A DNA stretch of 64,000 nucleotides from Longimicrobiales bacterium (GTDB lineage: Bacteria; Gemmatimonadota; Gemmatimonadetes; Longimicrobiales; Gaopeijiaceae): contig CBDFIQ010000002.1 of assembly GCA_965248195.1 (NCBI GenBank), forward strand, positions 160,001-224,000. Direction: 5' to 3'. The notes beneath the pieces are model-generated. The model was not told the origin of the DNA. It saw only the letters and a program-made list of their open reading frames with translations, and did not search any database. Made by a program: the position numbers and the translations under genes. This document shows positions 9,474 through 18,935 of the stretch, one piece after another. The first letter of the stretch is position 1; every line of letters starts with the position of its first letter.

Positions 9474-11015
9474 TTAGGCCTCGATCCGTTCGACGACATA
9501 TCCGCCGTCACGGCGGTCCCGCATGTACAGCGTGCCGAAGATCAACATGAGCACACCGCACAAGGGCACCACGTACCGGAACGATATGAGCCCACCATAG
9601 TTGTCCGCCGGCCCGAGCACAGATTGGGCCTCGGCCACCAGCTCCGGAGACGCGTCGGAGGCGATGATGGCGCGAAGCGCGTTCGCGGTGGCGGGCTGGG
9701 GTAACGATCCAGTATTCCCGTAGTCCGCCACCAGATCTCCGGCTGCTTGGGCCGCCGCTCGGGCGTCGATGTCGTCAACCCCACCCAACGTGGTGGTGCT
9801 CGATTCCAGGAGAGCCACCGTGGCCGCGACGGGAAGCCGCTCGTGGGCGTACCGGTCCGCGATCTGTCCCATCATGGGTGAAGTGACCAGTCCGACCGTG
9901 GCCATCCCGACCGTCCCCATGAGGCCCAGTCCCAGGGCGCCGCTCTTGGGCACCCGCTCCGAGACCACCCCCAGCATGGTGGGCCAGAAATAGCAGACCC
10001 CCACGGCGAAGACAGTGGCGGAGCCGAAGGTCGCCCAGCCGGCCCCGCCGAGGCTCAGGCCCAACAGGCCCACCCCCGACAGGGCGGCGGAAGCGAGAAG
10101 GACGCCGGTGGGGGAGAGTTGCTTCACCACGGGACCAGCGCGGTAGCGAAGCACAGCCATGAGGCCGTTGATCCACACGAGCACGAGGATCCCCGCCATG
10201 CCCCCCGCCTCCAACACGGCCGGGACCCAGCGATTGGGTCCCAGCTCCACCGAGGCGGTCATGGCCATGGCCACCAGCATCACCCACATGAGGGGCGTGT
10301 TGAAGGACGCCTTGAACATCTCGCCGACGCTGACCCCCGCCCGCACCCCCTCCGTAGCCGGAAACGGTTGGGTGAGCAGGAGCCATCCGTACGCCAGCGT
10401 CGGGACCAGGATGAGGCCCAGCTTGAGCTGCCAGGCCCCGATTCCTACAGCGTCCAGGCCGAAGCTGGCCAACCCGCCGAGAACCACTCCCCCGGGAAAC
10501 CACACGTGGAATTGGTTGAGCTTGACCGTCTTGTTCTCGGGATAAAGGCTCGCCACCAGCGGATTACACGCCGCTTCGACGAGGCCGTTGGCCATGGCGA
10601 TGACCAGCGCCCCAGTGAAGAGCGTCCAGAAGCCGCCGGCCCCGATCATGATCAGGGTGCCCGCTAGGTGTCCCAGGAACGAGAGCCGGAGCAGGAAGCG
10701 CATCCCCAGCGTATCGCACAGGGGCGCAAAGACGAGTTGCGACACCGCGAATCCCCAGAGGGCCGCGCCGCCGATCCACCCCACCTCCTGGTTGGTCAGC
10801 ACGAACTCCCTCTTGAGAGCGAGCATGATGGCGCCCACGGTGGCGAAGGCCACCGACGTGGCGATGAGAGCCACGCAGCTCCCGAAGAAGAGCCGCCCGT
10901 CGTGAACGGAGGGAGCGTCGGTGCCGGAAGGAGGGTCGGCGCCGGAGGGAGCGTCGGTAACGGAAGGAGAGCCGGTGCCGGAAGGAGAGCCGGTGCCCGA
11001 GGGGGAGTCGGTCAT
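9474..11015 (-). CDS. MFS sugar transporter
   Basis: Multiple TM helices; NGLVEAACNP, FHVWFPGG, WPTMLG motifs; in a sugar operon. Confidence 0.9.
   Translation of the reverse strand: MTDSPSGTGSPSGTGSPSVTDAPSGADPPSGTDAPSVHDGRLFFGSCVALIATSVAFATVGAIMLALKREFVLTNQEVGWIGGAALWGFAVSQLVFAPLCDTLGMRFLLRLSFLGHLAGTLIMIGAGGFWTLFTGALVIAMANGLVEAACNPLVASLYPENKTVKLNQFHVWFPGGVVLGGLASFGLDAVGIGAWQLKLGLILVPTLAYGWLLLTQPFPATEGVRAGVSVGEMFKASFNTPLMWVMLVAMAMTASVELGPNRWVPAVLEAGGMAGILVLVWINGLMAVLRYRAGPVVKQLSPTGVLLASAALSGVGLLGLSLGGAGWATFGSATVFAVGVCYFWPTMLGVVSERVPKSGALGLGLMGTVGMATVGLVTSPMMGQIADRYAHERLPVAATVALLESSTTTLGGVDDIDARAAAQAAGDLVADYGNTGSLPQPATANALRAIIASDASPELVAEAQSVLGPADNYGGLISFRYVVPLCGVLMLIFGTLYMRDRRDGGYVVERIEA
10899..11006 (-). 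repeat. six imperfect 18-bp coding repeats (xPSGTx) at the MFS N-terminus
   Basis: SPSGTG SPSGTG SPSVTD APSGAD PPSGTD APSVHD. Confidence 0.85.
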
Positions 11016-11017
11016 GA

Positions 11018-11731
11018 TCAAGCGAGTCCCAGAAACTCGAGGACCTCGGGAGGCGGTGGATCCCACCGCTCCAGCGGTACGTTGCCGATGTATTGGAGGT
11101 CCTGCATCCCCTCGTCGGTGGTCCAGAAAGCGCCGGCCGTGAGGTCACGGACGCGGGCGAAAAAGCGAGCGCCCGACTCAAATCTGGGCGCCGCGTCCGG
11201 TACGTGGGAGATGTCGGCGCAGACTTCGTCCTTGCGCTGGAGACTCAGATCCCGGAAGCGTGTGCCTCGGCCGAAGCGGCGGCCCGCCTCCCCGTCGAGC
11301 CACACGAGTCCTTCCCGGATGAGAATCCGGTCTCGGCCCATGGGCTCGTAAGGGGCGCTCACCCACTCGTCGATGTAGTGGTGAGTACCCAACTCGCTGG
11401 CCGAAGGGGAGCGCTCGTCGGCCGGAAGGATCACGTCGCAGAGAGAAGCGAGCGTTTCCAGCTCATCCTGAGTGAGAACGCGCTCCCAGGGGATGACCGG
11501 CGACAGGAGATCCGGGTCCCACAGCGTACCGGCGGGGAGGGCGTTGCGGATCAGAGCCGACCCATCGGCCCCCTCTTCCGCCCCGGTCCCGCATGACGCC
11601 AGACCGGGGGTCGCCGCTGCCACCGCCATGACCTTCAGGGCCATCCGCCGGTTCATGGGGAGGAGCACGGGGAGGGATTGCCCGCTGGTCTCACGCCGTT
11701 CCTCGCTCATCCGCGGCTCGTCCTTGCTCAT
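11018..11731 (-). CDS. gluconate 2-dehydrogenase subunit 3-like Tat-exported small subunit
   Basis: NRRMALK Tat motif; DVILPADERSPSA, FWTTxEGMxDLQYIGN; adjacent to GMC large subunit. Confidence 0.85.
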   Translation of the reverse strand: MSKDEPRMSEERRETSGQSLPVLLPMNRRMALKVMAVAAATPGLASCGTGAEEGADGSALIRNALPAGTLWDPDLLSPVIPWERVLTQDELETLASLCDVILPADERSPSASELGTHHYIDEWVSAPYEPMGRDRILIREGLVWLDGEAGRRFGRGTRFRDLSLQRKDEVCADISHVPDAAPRFESGARFFARVRDLTAGAFWTTDEGMQDLQYIGNVPLERWDPPPPEVLEFLGLA

Positions 11732-11747
11732 CCGTTGCTCTCCCTCT

Positions 11748-13529
11748 TCATCCGATGCTCCCGCGCTGGAGCTCGTCCACCAGATAATCCGTCGCGCGCC
11801 ACGCGACGGACATGATGCTCAAGGTGGGGTTCTTGTCTGCGTTGGACAGGAAACATCCGCCATCGGTCACGAAGAGGTTATCCACCTCCCACGACTGGCA
11901 GAATGAGTTGAGCACGGATCTCGACGGGTCGTCGCCCATGCACACGCCCCCCACTTCGTGAATGATCTCACCGGGCGGGGCGATGGCGTCGGCGCCGTCG
12001 TCGTGGATGGTACTGAGTACCCGACCGCCCATGGACTCGATGATCTCGGCGAACGTGTGCTCCATGTGCCGGGCCTGGTTCAGCTCGTGGTCCGACCACT
12101 TCCAGTGGAAACGAAGGACCGGGATGCCCCACTGATCCACAGTGTCCGGATCGAGCTCACAATAGCAGTCCTCGTTCGGAATCATCTCCCCCCGTCCGCT
12201 GAAGCCGACGAACGACCCGTAGTAGCGGCGGCAGTCCTCCTTGAACGCCTGTCCGTAGGATCCCTCCGTGAAGCGTTCCAGCCGATTGAAGGTGCCGCCG
12301 CCCGGCATGCGCCGTCCGCCTCCCAACTCGATGTGATAACCCCTCGCGAAGTCCAGACGACCCCGGGCCTGCTCCCCGTATAACCACCACGGCACATACA
12401 TATGCATGGCAGAGGCGCCGTCGGTGTTGTGGGGCGGCATGTTCTCCAACGCAGGGATCTGGCCCTGCACCCCGGCGCCCACCGTGTCCATGATGTATTT
12501 CCCCACCAGTCCGCTTCCGTTGGCCAGGCCGTCTGGAAACAGGTTGCTCTTGGAGTTGAGGAGGATCCGAGCGGACGAGAGGGCGCTCGCGGCGAGGACC
12601 ACAACTCGCGCGCTAACGTGTTCGTCGAGGCGGGTGTGCTTGTCGATGTAGTGGACCCCCGTGGCCCTTCCCCGCGCGTCGACCGTCACCTCACGCACCA
12701 TGGCGTCGGTGATGAGATCCACATTGCCCGTGGCCAGGGCCGGTGGGATCAGGACCGTGGGGGACTGGAAATTCGCCTTGATGGAGCAACCCCGGCCGCA
12801 CGGCGTGGCCCAGAAGCAGGCCGCCCGCGAGCGCATGGACTCGCTGAGCACGCGCTGGGCCAGCGGGTTGTTCGGATGGATGAGTCCCGGAAGCGTCTCG
12901 TGGTCCTGCACCTCGGACAGAATGGCGATGTGGGCCGGGATCACTGGAATTCCCAGTTCCGCACAGGCGCGCTGTTCAAACAGTTCGTGGGCGCGCGGGG
13001 CAGGCGGAGCCTGGAGGACCCCAGGGGACGAATCGGGCGTGTTCTCGAGCCCCTCGTTGGACCCGTACACGCCGATGAGCCTCTCGGTCTTGTCGTAGTA
13101 TGGGGCCATGTCCTCGTACGACATGGGCCAGTCGAAGCCCAGACCATCCCGTGAGAAGGGCTTGTAGTCGTACGGCCCCATGCGGAGCGAGATGCGGCCC
13201 CAATGGTTGGTGCGACCACCCAGCATGCGGGCCCTCCACCAGCGGAAGTTGGTGCCCTCGCCTGATGTGTACGGCTCGCCGGGGACCTGCCAGCCGCCAT
13301 CGACCGTGGCGTCATAGAAGCCGAAGGGCTTCTCGGGCGTCCCGGCTCCCCGGAGCGGTGCGTCCTTGGGGAGGTTGAACATGGGGGTCTCGGCAACCGG
13401 GTCGTAGTTCCTCCCCGCTTCGAGCAAGAGGACCTTCACTCCGGCCACGGCGAGGAGATAGGCACACATGCCACCAGCGGCGCCCGAGCCCACTACGATG
13501 ACGTCGTATTCCTGCTGGGCTTGGCTCAC
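11748..13529 (-). CDS. GMC family flavoprotein oxidoreductase (glycoside 3-dehydrogenase-like)
   Basis: VVGSGAAGG, LGGRTNHWGR, IHEVGG, NLFVTDGG, KNPTLSIM. Confidence 0.92.
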   Translation of the reverse strand: MSQAQQEYDVIVVGSGAAGGMCAYLLAVAGVKVLLLEAGRNYDPVAETPMFNLPKDAPLRGAGTPEKPFGFYDATVDGGWQVPGEPYTSGEGTNFRWWRARMLGGRTNHWGRISLRMGPYDYKPFSRDGLGFDWPMSYEDMAPYYDKTERLIGVYGSNEGLENTPDSSPGVLQAPPAPRAHELFEQRACAELGIPVIPAHIAILSEVQDHETLPGLIHPNNPLAQRVLSESMRSRAACFWATPCGRGCSIKANFQSPTVLIPPALATGNVDLITDAMVREVTVDARGRATGVHYIDKHTRLDEHVSARVVVLAASALSSARILLNSKSNLFPDGLANGSGLVGKYIMDTVGAGVQGQIPALENMPPHNTDGASAMHMYVPWWLYGEQARGRLDFARGYHIELGGGRRMPGGGTFNRLERFTEGSYGQAFKEDCRRYYGSFVGFSGRGEMIPNEDCYCELDPDTVDQWGIPVLRFHWKWSDHELNQARHMEHTFAEIIESMGGRVLSTIHDDGADAIAPPGEIIHEVGGVCMGDDPSRSVLNSFCQSWEVDNLFVTDGGCFLSNADKNPTLSIMSVAWRATDYLVDELQRGSIG

Positions 13530-14350
13530 GGCAGCCGCCGAATCTTGATGTTCCGGAAGGCGGCTCTATCTCCGTGATCTTGCAGCCCGATGTGGCCTCT
13601 GGACGCCTGTCCGTATTCAGGCCACTCGTTGAACTTGCTACCGGCGACGCGCTCCAACCAGTCGGCGCTGCCGAGCTCGTATTCCACGGTACGGACGCCG
13701 TTCAACCAGTGCTCCACGTGGTCGCCGTTCACGAGAATGCGCACGGAGTTCCACTCCCCGACGGGCCGCGCCAGGCCCCGGGGAGCTGGATGGAGTCCGA
13801 AGTTGGACCCCACCGACGTGAGGGCCGACTGACCGTCGGGGTGGTTGTTGTCGTCGAGGATCTGCATCTCGGGCGCGCCCATGTAGATTTGCTCGGAGCC
13901 TTCCACGGCATGGAAGAAAATGCCACTGTTCCCGCCGAGCTCCACCTTCCACTCCAGCGTCAGGTCGAAGTTCTCGAACTGCTCCTTGGTGATGACGTCC
14001 CGCCCCGGTCCAACAAGGGTGAGCTCTCCGTCCAGGACCCGCCACCCGTCGGGCACTCCGCTCATCATGTAGCCGCGCCACCCTTCCGTGCTGTGCCCGT
14101 CGAAGAGGAGCTCCCAGCCCGCCTCGCGCTCGGCGTCCGTCAGTGCGTTGATGGGCCGCTCGAGCAGCGGCGTCTGTTGTGCCCCGGCCGATCCCGAGAG
14201 TAGGAGCGGCCCGCATCCCAGCACCGCGACGCCAACAGCCGGGAGCAGGCAAGCGACCAAGCGTGCTCGTGCAGAGTCGCGTCGGGTCCAGTCTTGCGGG
14301 GCCGATGCAGGCCGAGCCCGGGATCCGGTAGTCTTCGTGGCCCCGGTCAC
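13526..14350 (-). CDS. DUF1080 (3-keto-disaccharide hydrolase family) exported protein
   Basis: [48 protein letters not shown] start overlaps upstream TGA. Confidence 0.9.
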   Translation of the reverse strand: MTGATKTTGSRARPASAPQDWTRRDSARARLVACLLPAVGVAVLGCGPLLLSGSAGAQQTPLLERPINALTDAEREAGWELLFDGHSTEGWRGYMMSGVPDGWRVLDGELTLVGPGRDVITKEQFENFDLTLEWKVELGGNSGIFFHAVEGSEQIYMGAPEMQILDDNNHPDGQSALTSVGSNFGLHPAPRGLARPVGEWNSVRILVNGDHVEHWLNGVRTVEYELGSADWLERVAGSKFNEWPEYGQASRGHIGLQDHGDRAAFRNIKIRRLP

Positions 14351-15014
14351 ATCGACCATCCGGGCCGGTACTCGCGCGTCAGGTACTGATTGGCTTCCTC
14401 GACGTTGGTCACACGCATGTTCCCTCCATCGTAATGGATTTTCCGTCCCTGACCCGTACGCAGCGCCACGATCCCGAGGAGCATCACTTCGGTGAGTCGG
14501 GCCGCATAGTCGAAGGGCGTCGTCGCCGTCGCCTGCCCTTTGCAAGCGAGTGCCCAGTTCATCTCGTGGCTCTCCTCGATGCGCGCGTAGGTTTGAGGTA
14601 CCACCGCCGCCTCTTCCTGGAGCTCGCGGGTGTGGCGATGAGGACGGCATCGATGTCGCTCTGCTTCTCGAGCATCTCGCGGAAGTCACTGTACCGGGCG
14701 GCAGCCGCGAATTGCTCCTGCCACCGCACGACCTTGGAGCGCTCGTTCTCATCGCCATCCGTCGGGAGCTCGGCGACCTTGCTCGTCACGTAGTCGAAGT
14801 CCACGTCACAGACCGCGACGATGTTCTCGGTTCCCAGCTCCTGAGCATTCTCGCCGCCCATCCCGCCTGCTCCGACGACGGCGATGTTGAGCGTGTCGCT
14901 CGGAGCCTGATATCCCACCCCACCCAGGACGTGTCGCGGCACGATCATGCCGCCCAACGCGAGCTTCGAAGTGCCTTGGACGAAGTCCCGGCGGGTCAGT
15001 CCGTTCATCTTCAC
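14347..15014 (-). pseudogene. Tat-exported Gfo/Idh/MocA oxidoreductase with large internal deletion
   Basis: N-terminal part ([21 protein letters not shown]) joins out of frame near 14627 to the C-terminal part ([27 protein letters not shown]). Confidence 0.88.
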
Positions 15015-15212
15015 GGCGAGCTCTCCCTTGGAGCGGAAGTATCGTGATCTGCGCCGGAGCGCGATCGTCCCGGGACTCGCCCGACAACATACGCGGGTTC
15101 GGCCCCGCAGACACGGCACCAGCGCCCCGACCGTGCTCCTGCGCACCCGAGTGCCCCACATTTAGCCTACCGAAGTAAGCGACTATCCCCCGTCCCCGGG
15201 GTAGGATGCGCA

Positions 15213-16141
15213 ATGACCACTCACAAGCACCGAGTTATCCCGTGGCTTGCCTATCCGGGTGCGATGGTCAGCGCCTTCCTCGTGTACGCTTTGCTCGATG
15301 CGCAGAGCGTCTCCGTCATGGTGAGCGCGTACGTTGCGGTCGTGTTCGGCGCGGCTGCGGTGACCCTGCTGGAGTTCATCATCCCGTACGATCGGGCCTG
15401 GCAACCCGATCGCGGAGACGTGAAGAACGATCTGCTCTTCATGGTGGCGGAGACGTGAAGAACGATCTGCTCTTCATGGTGATGGTTCAGATGGTGTTGC
15501 CACCGCTCCTGGGACTGCTCGCAGGTGTCAGCCTCGTCAGGTACCTCCGTGTGGAGGAGTGGCCCATCACGCTGTGGCCGCAGGACCTGCCGTTAGCCGT
15601 CCAGGTCGTGCTCATGTTGCTCGTAGCAGAATTCTTCCGTTACTGGCTCCACATCACGGCTCACAACACCAAGCTGCTGTGGCGCTTTCACGCCGTGCAC
15701 CACTCCCCCCACAAGCTCTACTGGCTCAACGTGGGACGTTTTCATCCGATGGAGAAGGCGCTTCAATACATGCTGGACATGCTGCCCTTCATTCTCGTGG
15801 GAGTCACCGAGCCGGTGATCGCCCTGTACTTCGTATTCTATGCCGTTAACGGCTTCTTCCAGCACTCGAACGTCGACGCGAGATACGGAGTGTTGAACTA
15901 CGTGGTGAGTGGCGCAGAGCTGCACCGCTGGCATCACTCGAAGCTCGTCGAGGAGTCCAACCGCAACTACGGCAACAACCTGATCGTGTGGGATCTGGTT
16001 TTCGGAAGCTGGTTTCTGCCCCGGGATCGCCGAGTAGGGGACTTGGGGCTGATCAACAGGAGCTATCCGCTCGATTTCGCATCCCAGATGAAGACCCCGT
16101 TCTCCTCAGGCCTGGACAAGACAGACTCCTCCGACTCATGA
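15213..16141 (+). pseudogene. sterol desaturase/fatty acid hydroxylase family, frameshifted
   Basis: His boxes HITAH, HAVHH, HSN, HRWHH and NYG; N-terminus in a different frame because of a 35-bp duplication. Confidence 0.88.
15412..15481 (+). repeat. perfect 35-bp tandem duplication
   Basis: GCGGAGACGTGAAGAACGATCTGCTCTTCATGGTG twice. Confidence 0.95.
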
Positions 16142-17820
16142 GCCGCTCGCTGAACGCACTCCTTTGGGGGCGGATGCAGCTACTCAGGTGGACCAACTGG
16201 AGGCCGTTGGTTGCGGCCGCCCGGCATCCGCGGCGAACGCAGAACCAGTGGCTGCGGCGTCATCTCGCCCGCAACGCCGACACACGTTTCGGCCGCGAGC
16301 ACGACTTCCGGACGATCACATCGTACGAGGAGTTTGCAGCACGCGTACCGATCCAGACGTACGAGACTCTGCGACCCTACATCGAAGGGCAGGAGCAGCA
16401 CGGCGAGCCAGCGCTCAACGCTGATCCGCCCATCATGTACGCTCAAACGAGCGGAACCACGGGGAAGCCGAAGCTCATACCGATCCTCCAGTCCACGTTG
16501 GAGAATCACCGCCGGAGCCAGGGGAGTCAGGCCTTCATCCAGTTCTCGACCGTTCCGGGTGCCTATTCCGGCAGGCTTCTGCCCATCGTCAGTCCGGCCG
16601 TGGAGGGAACGCTTCCGTCGGGCACCCCCTACGGCTCCGCTTCGGGACACGTGTACAAGAACATGCCCACGCTCGCCCGAGCCAAGTACGTTCTGCCGCA
16701 CGAAGTCTTCGAAATCGAAGACTACGACCTCAAGTACCGCACGATTCTGCGATTGGCCGCGCCGGCTCGTGACATCACCTTCATGGCGAGCGCCAACCCC
16801 TCGACGTTCCTTCGCCTGTTGGACCTGCTAGCTGAGCACCGGCTAGAGCTCCTCGAGGACATCGCTTCGCAACGCTTCCGTCACCTCGACGAGCTTCCAA
16901 GCTCGATCGCCGACGCCGTGCTACCCCGCCTTCGGACATCGAAGGTGCGCGTCGCCGAGCTCGATTCGGTTCTCCGCCTTCCGGCCCCGGCCTTCAAGCA
17001 CCTGTGGCCCGACCTCCGACTCGTAACGACGTGGACCGGAGGCAGTTGCCGTCTCGCCCTCAGCAAGGTCGTCGACGCGTGCCCCGGGTTCACCCGCATC
17101 GGCGAGCTGGGCTACCTCTCCAGCGAGTTCCGCGGAACGATTACCGTCGATCTCGAGCGCAACCTCGGCATGCCGACCATCCATGAGAACTTTCTGGAGT
17201 TCGTGGAGCGCGATGATTGGGACTCGGGCGATCGTCATGCCGTGACGGTCGAATATCTCGAGCTGGGTCGCGAATACTACGTCATAGTCACCACCGACTC
17301 GGGCCTCTACCGATACTTCATGAATGATCTCGTCGAAGTAACCGGGCGTTTCCACGCGACTCCCACCACCCAGTTCGTGCGGAAGGGTAGGGGCGTCACG
17401 AGCATCACGGGGGAGAAGCTCTATGAGAACCAGGTCATCGAAGCGGTGCAGGCTACCGGAGACGAGCTCGGCCAGTCCACGGATTTTCTGCTCATGTTGG
17501 CTGATCCCGAGGAATCACGTTATCGCCTGGTGATCGAGCTGGACCTGGACCGAACTGCTGCAGAGCAGTGGGGTCGCTCAGTGGAGCGGGCACTGGGCGA
17601 GCGGAATCTCGAGTACGCGCAGAAGCGGAAAAGCGGTCGCCTTCGCGCTCTGCAGATCATCTCAGTGGCTTCCGGCACTGGGGAACTCTACAAGCGGCAC
17701 ATGTTAGCGAAGGGGCAGAGAGAGGGCCAATTCAAGCTCGTCGCTCTCCAATATGCGACCGACTGCACGTTCGACTTCACACGCGCGAGCCCGACACATG
17801 CCTCGCTCGACCCGACATGA
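16138..17820 (+). CDS. GH3 family acyl-acid amido synthetase-like protein (copy 1)
   Basis: TRFGREHDF, QTSGTTGKPKLIP, GYLSSE, GLYRYFMNDLV, TGEKL, QFKL; ATGA overlap with desaturase. Confidence 0.9.
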   Translation: MSRSLNALLWGRMQLLRWTNWRPLVAAARHPRRTQNQWLRRHLARNADTRFGREHDFRTITSYEEFAARVPIQTYETLRPYIEGQEQHGEPALNADPPIMYAQTSGTTGKPKLIPILQSTLENHRRSQGSQAFIQFSTVPGAYSGRLLPIVSPAVEGTLPSGTPYGSASGHVYKNMPTLARAKYVLPHEVFEIEDYDLKYRTILRLAAPARDITFMASANPSTFLRLLDLLAEHRLELLEDIASQRFRHLDELPSSIADAVLPRLRTSKVRVAELDSVLRLPAPAFKHLWPDLRLVTTWTGGSCRLALSKVVDACPGFTRIGELGYLSSEFRGTITVDLERNLGMPTIHENFLEFVERDDWDSGDRHAVTVEYLELGREYYVIVTTDSGLYRYFMNDLVEVTGRFHATPTTQFVRKGRGVTSITGEKLYENQVIEAVQATGDELGQSTDFLLMLADPEESRYRLVIELDLDRTAAEQWGRSVERALGERNLEYAQKRKSGRLRALQIISVASGTGELYKRHMLAKGQREGQFKLVALQYATDCTFDFTRASPTHASLDPT

Positions 17821-18935
17821 GCTCATTGGCCTTTTACCGCGTCGTCATACCCTTCCGGCAGCGGTTCAAGCATGGCTCGGCGGAGCGTACGCAGACACAG
17901 GCCGTTTGGGTCGAGGTCGATCGGGACGGAGTGACCGGCGTCGGCGAAGGCTGTCCGCGCGAGTACGTCACGGGGGAAAGCGTCGAGACTGCGGAGCGCT
18001 TCCTGACGGCGCACCGGCGTACGTGGGAGAGGGACTTCGAGACACTGGACGATATGACGAGATGGCTCGACGAGAGCGAGGGCATCGTGGACGCAAACCC
18101 GGCGGCGTGGTGCGCCGTCGAGCTCGCGTACCTCGACCTGTTCGGAAGGGAGCGTGCGCAATCCGTCGAGGAGCTCACGGGTGTCCCTCCGCTGCGGGGC
18201 TCTTTTTGCTACACGGCAGTCGTGGGGGACAGCGACGCTGAGACCTTTGATGCCATCGTGGGCCAATACCGGCGAATGGGCTTTTCTGACTTCAAGCTCA
18301 AGCTCTGCGGCGACATGGACCGGGATCGAGAGAAGCTGGCGCTCCTGCGCAAGCACGGAGTGCCCGAGAGCCACGTGCGGGTGGACGCCAACAACCTGTG
18401 GGACGATACCGGGGAAGCGATTCGGCATCTGACGGCGCTCGACTTCGCGTTCTTCGGCATCGAGGAGCCCTTGACGGCCGAGCAGCTGGATGCCCTACGA
18501 GAGGTCAGCAAATCGACCGGTTGCCAGATCATCCTCGACGAGAGCCTCGTGCGTGCCCGTCAGCTCGAGCTGCTCCTGCCGGACCCGGAGACTTGGATCC
18601 TGAACGTGCGGGTGTCGAAGATGGGTGGGGTCGTTCGGTCGCTCGACTTGCTCGGGCGTGCCAGCGAGTTAGGGCTCCCCGTGATCGTCGGCGCGCAGGT
18701 TGGCGAAACGAGCCTGCTTACCCGCGCTGGGCTCCTGGTGGCTGCCGCTGCTGGCGACTCTCTCCTGGGCCAGGAAGGAGCCTTCGGGACTTTCCTGCTG
18801 GAGCAGGACGTCTGCGAACCGCCCCTCATGTTCGGCGCGGGTGGAACGCTCGACGCGGACGCCTTGGGCCTCGCCTCACGGCCGGGACTAGGGATCGACG
18901 TCACGACCGCTCGGTCGATCTTCCAACCGTTGTGA
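17817..18935 (+). CDS. enolase superfamily protein (muconate lactonizing/dipeptide epimerase subgroup)
   Basis: GVGEGCPREYVTGE, FKLK, RVDAN, IEEPL, LDES, NVRVSKMGG; ATGA overlap with GH3. Confidence 0.88.
   Translation: MSSLAFYRVVIPFRQRFKHGSAERTQTQAVWVEVDRDGVTGVGEGCPREYVTGESVETAERFLTAHRRTWERDFETLDDMTRWLDESEGIVDANPAAWCAVELAYLDLFGRERAQSVEELTGVPPLRGSFCYTAVVGDSDAETFDAIVGQYRRMGFSDFKLKLCGDMDRDREKLALLRKHGVPESHVRVDANNLWDDTGEAIRHLTALDFAFFGIEEPLTAEQLDALREVSKSTGCQIILDESLVRARQLELLLPDPETWILNVRVSKMGGVVRSLDLLGRASELGLPVIVGAQVGETSLLTRAGLLVAAAAGDSLLGQEGAFGTFLLEQDVCEPPLMFGAGGTLDADALGLASRPGLGIDVTTARSIFQPL

Noticed and set aside
13526..14758. 410-aa DUF1080 ORF with a long N-terminal extension
   Set aside because: The extension overlaps the Gfo pseudogene in another frame; the GTG at 14350 fits better
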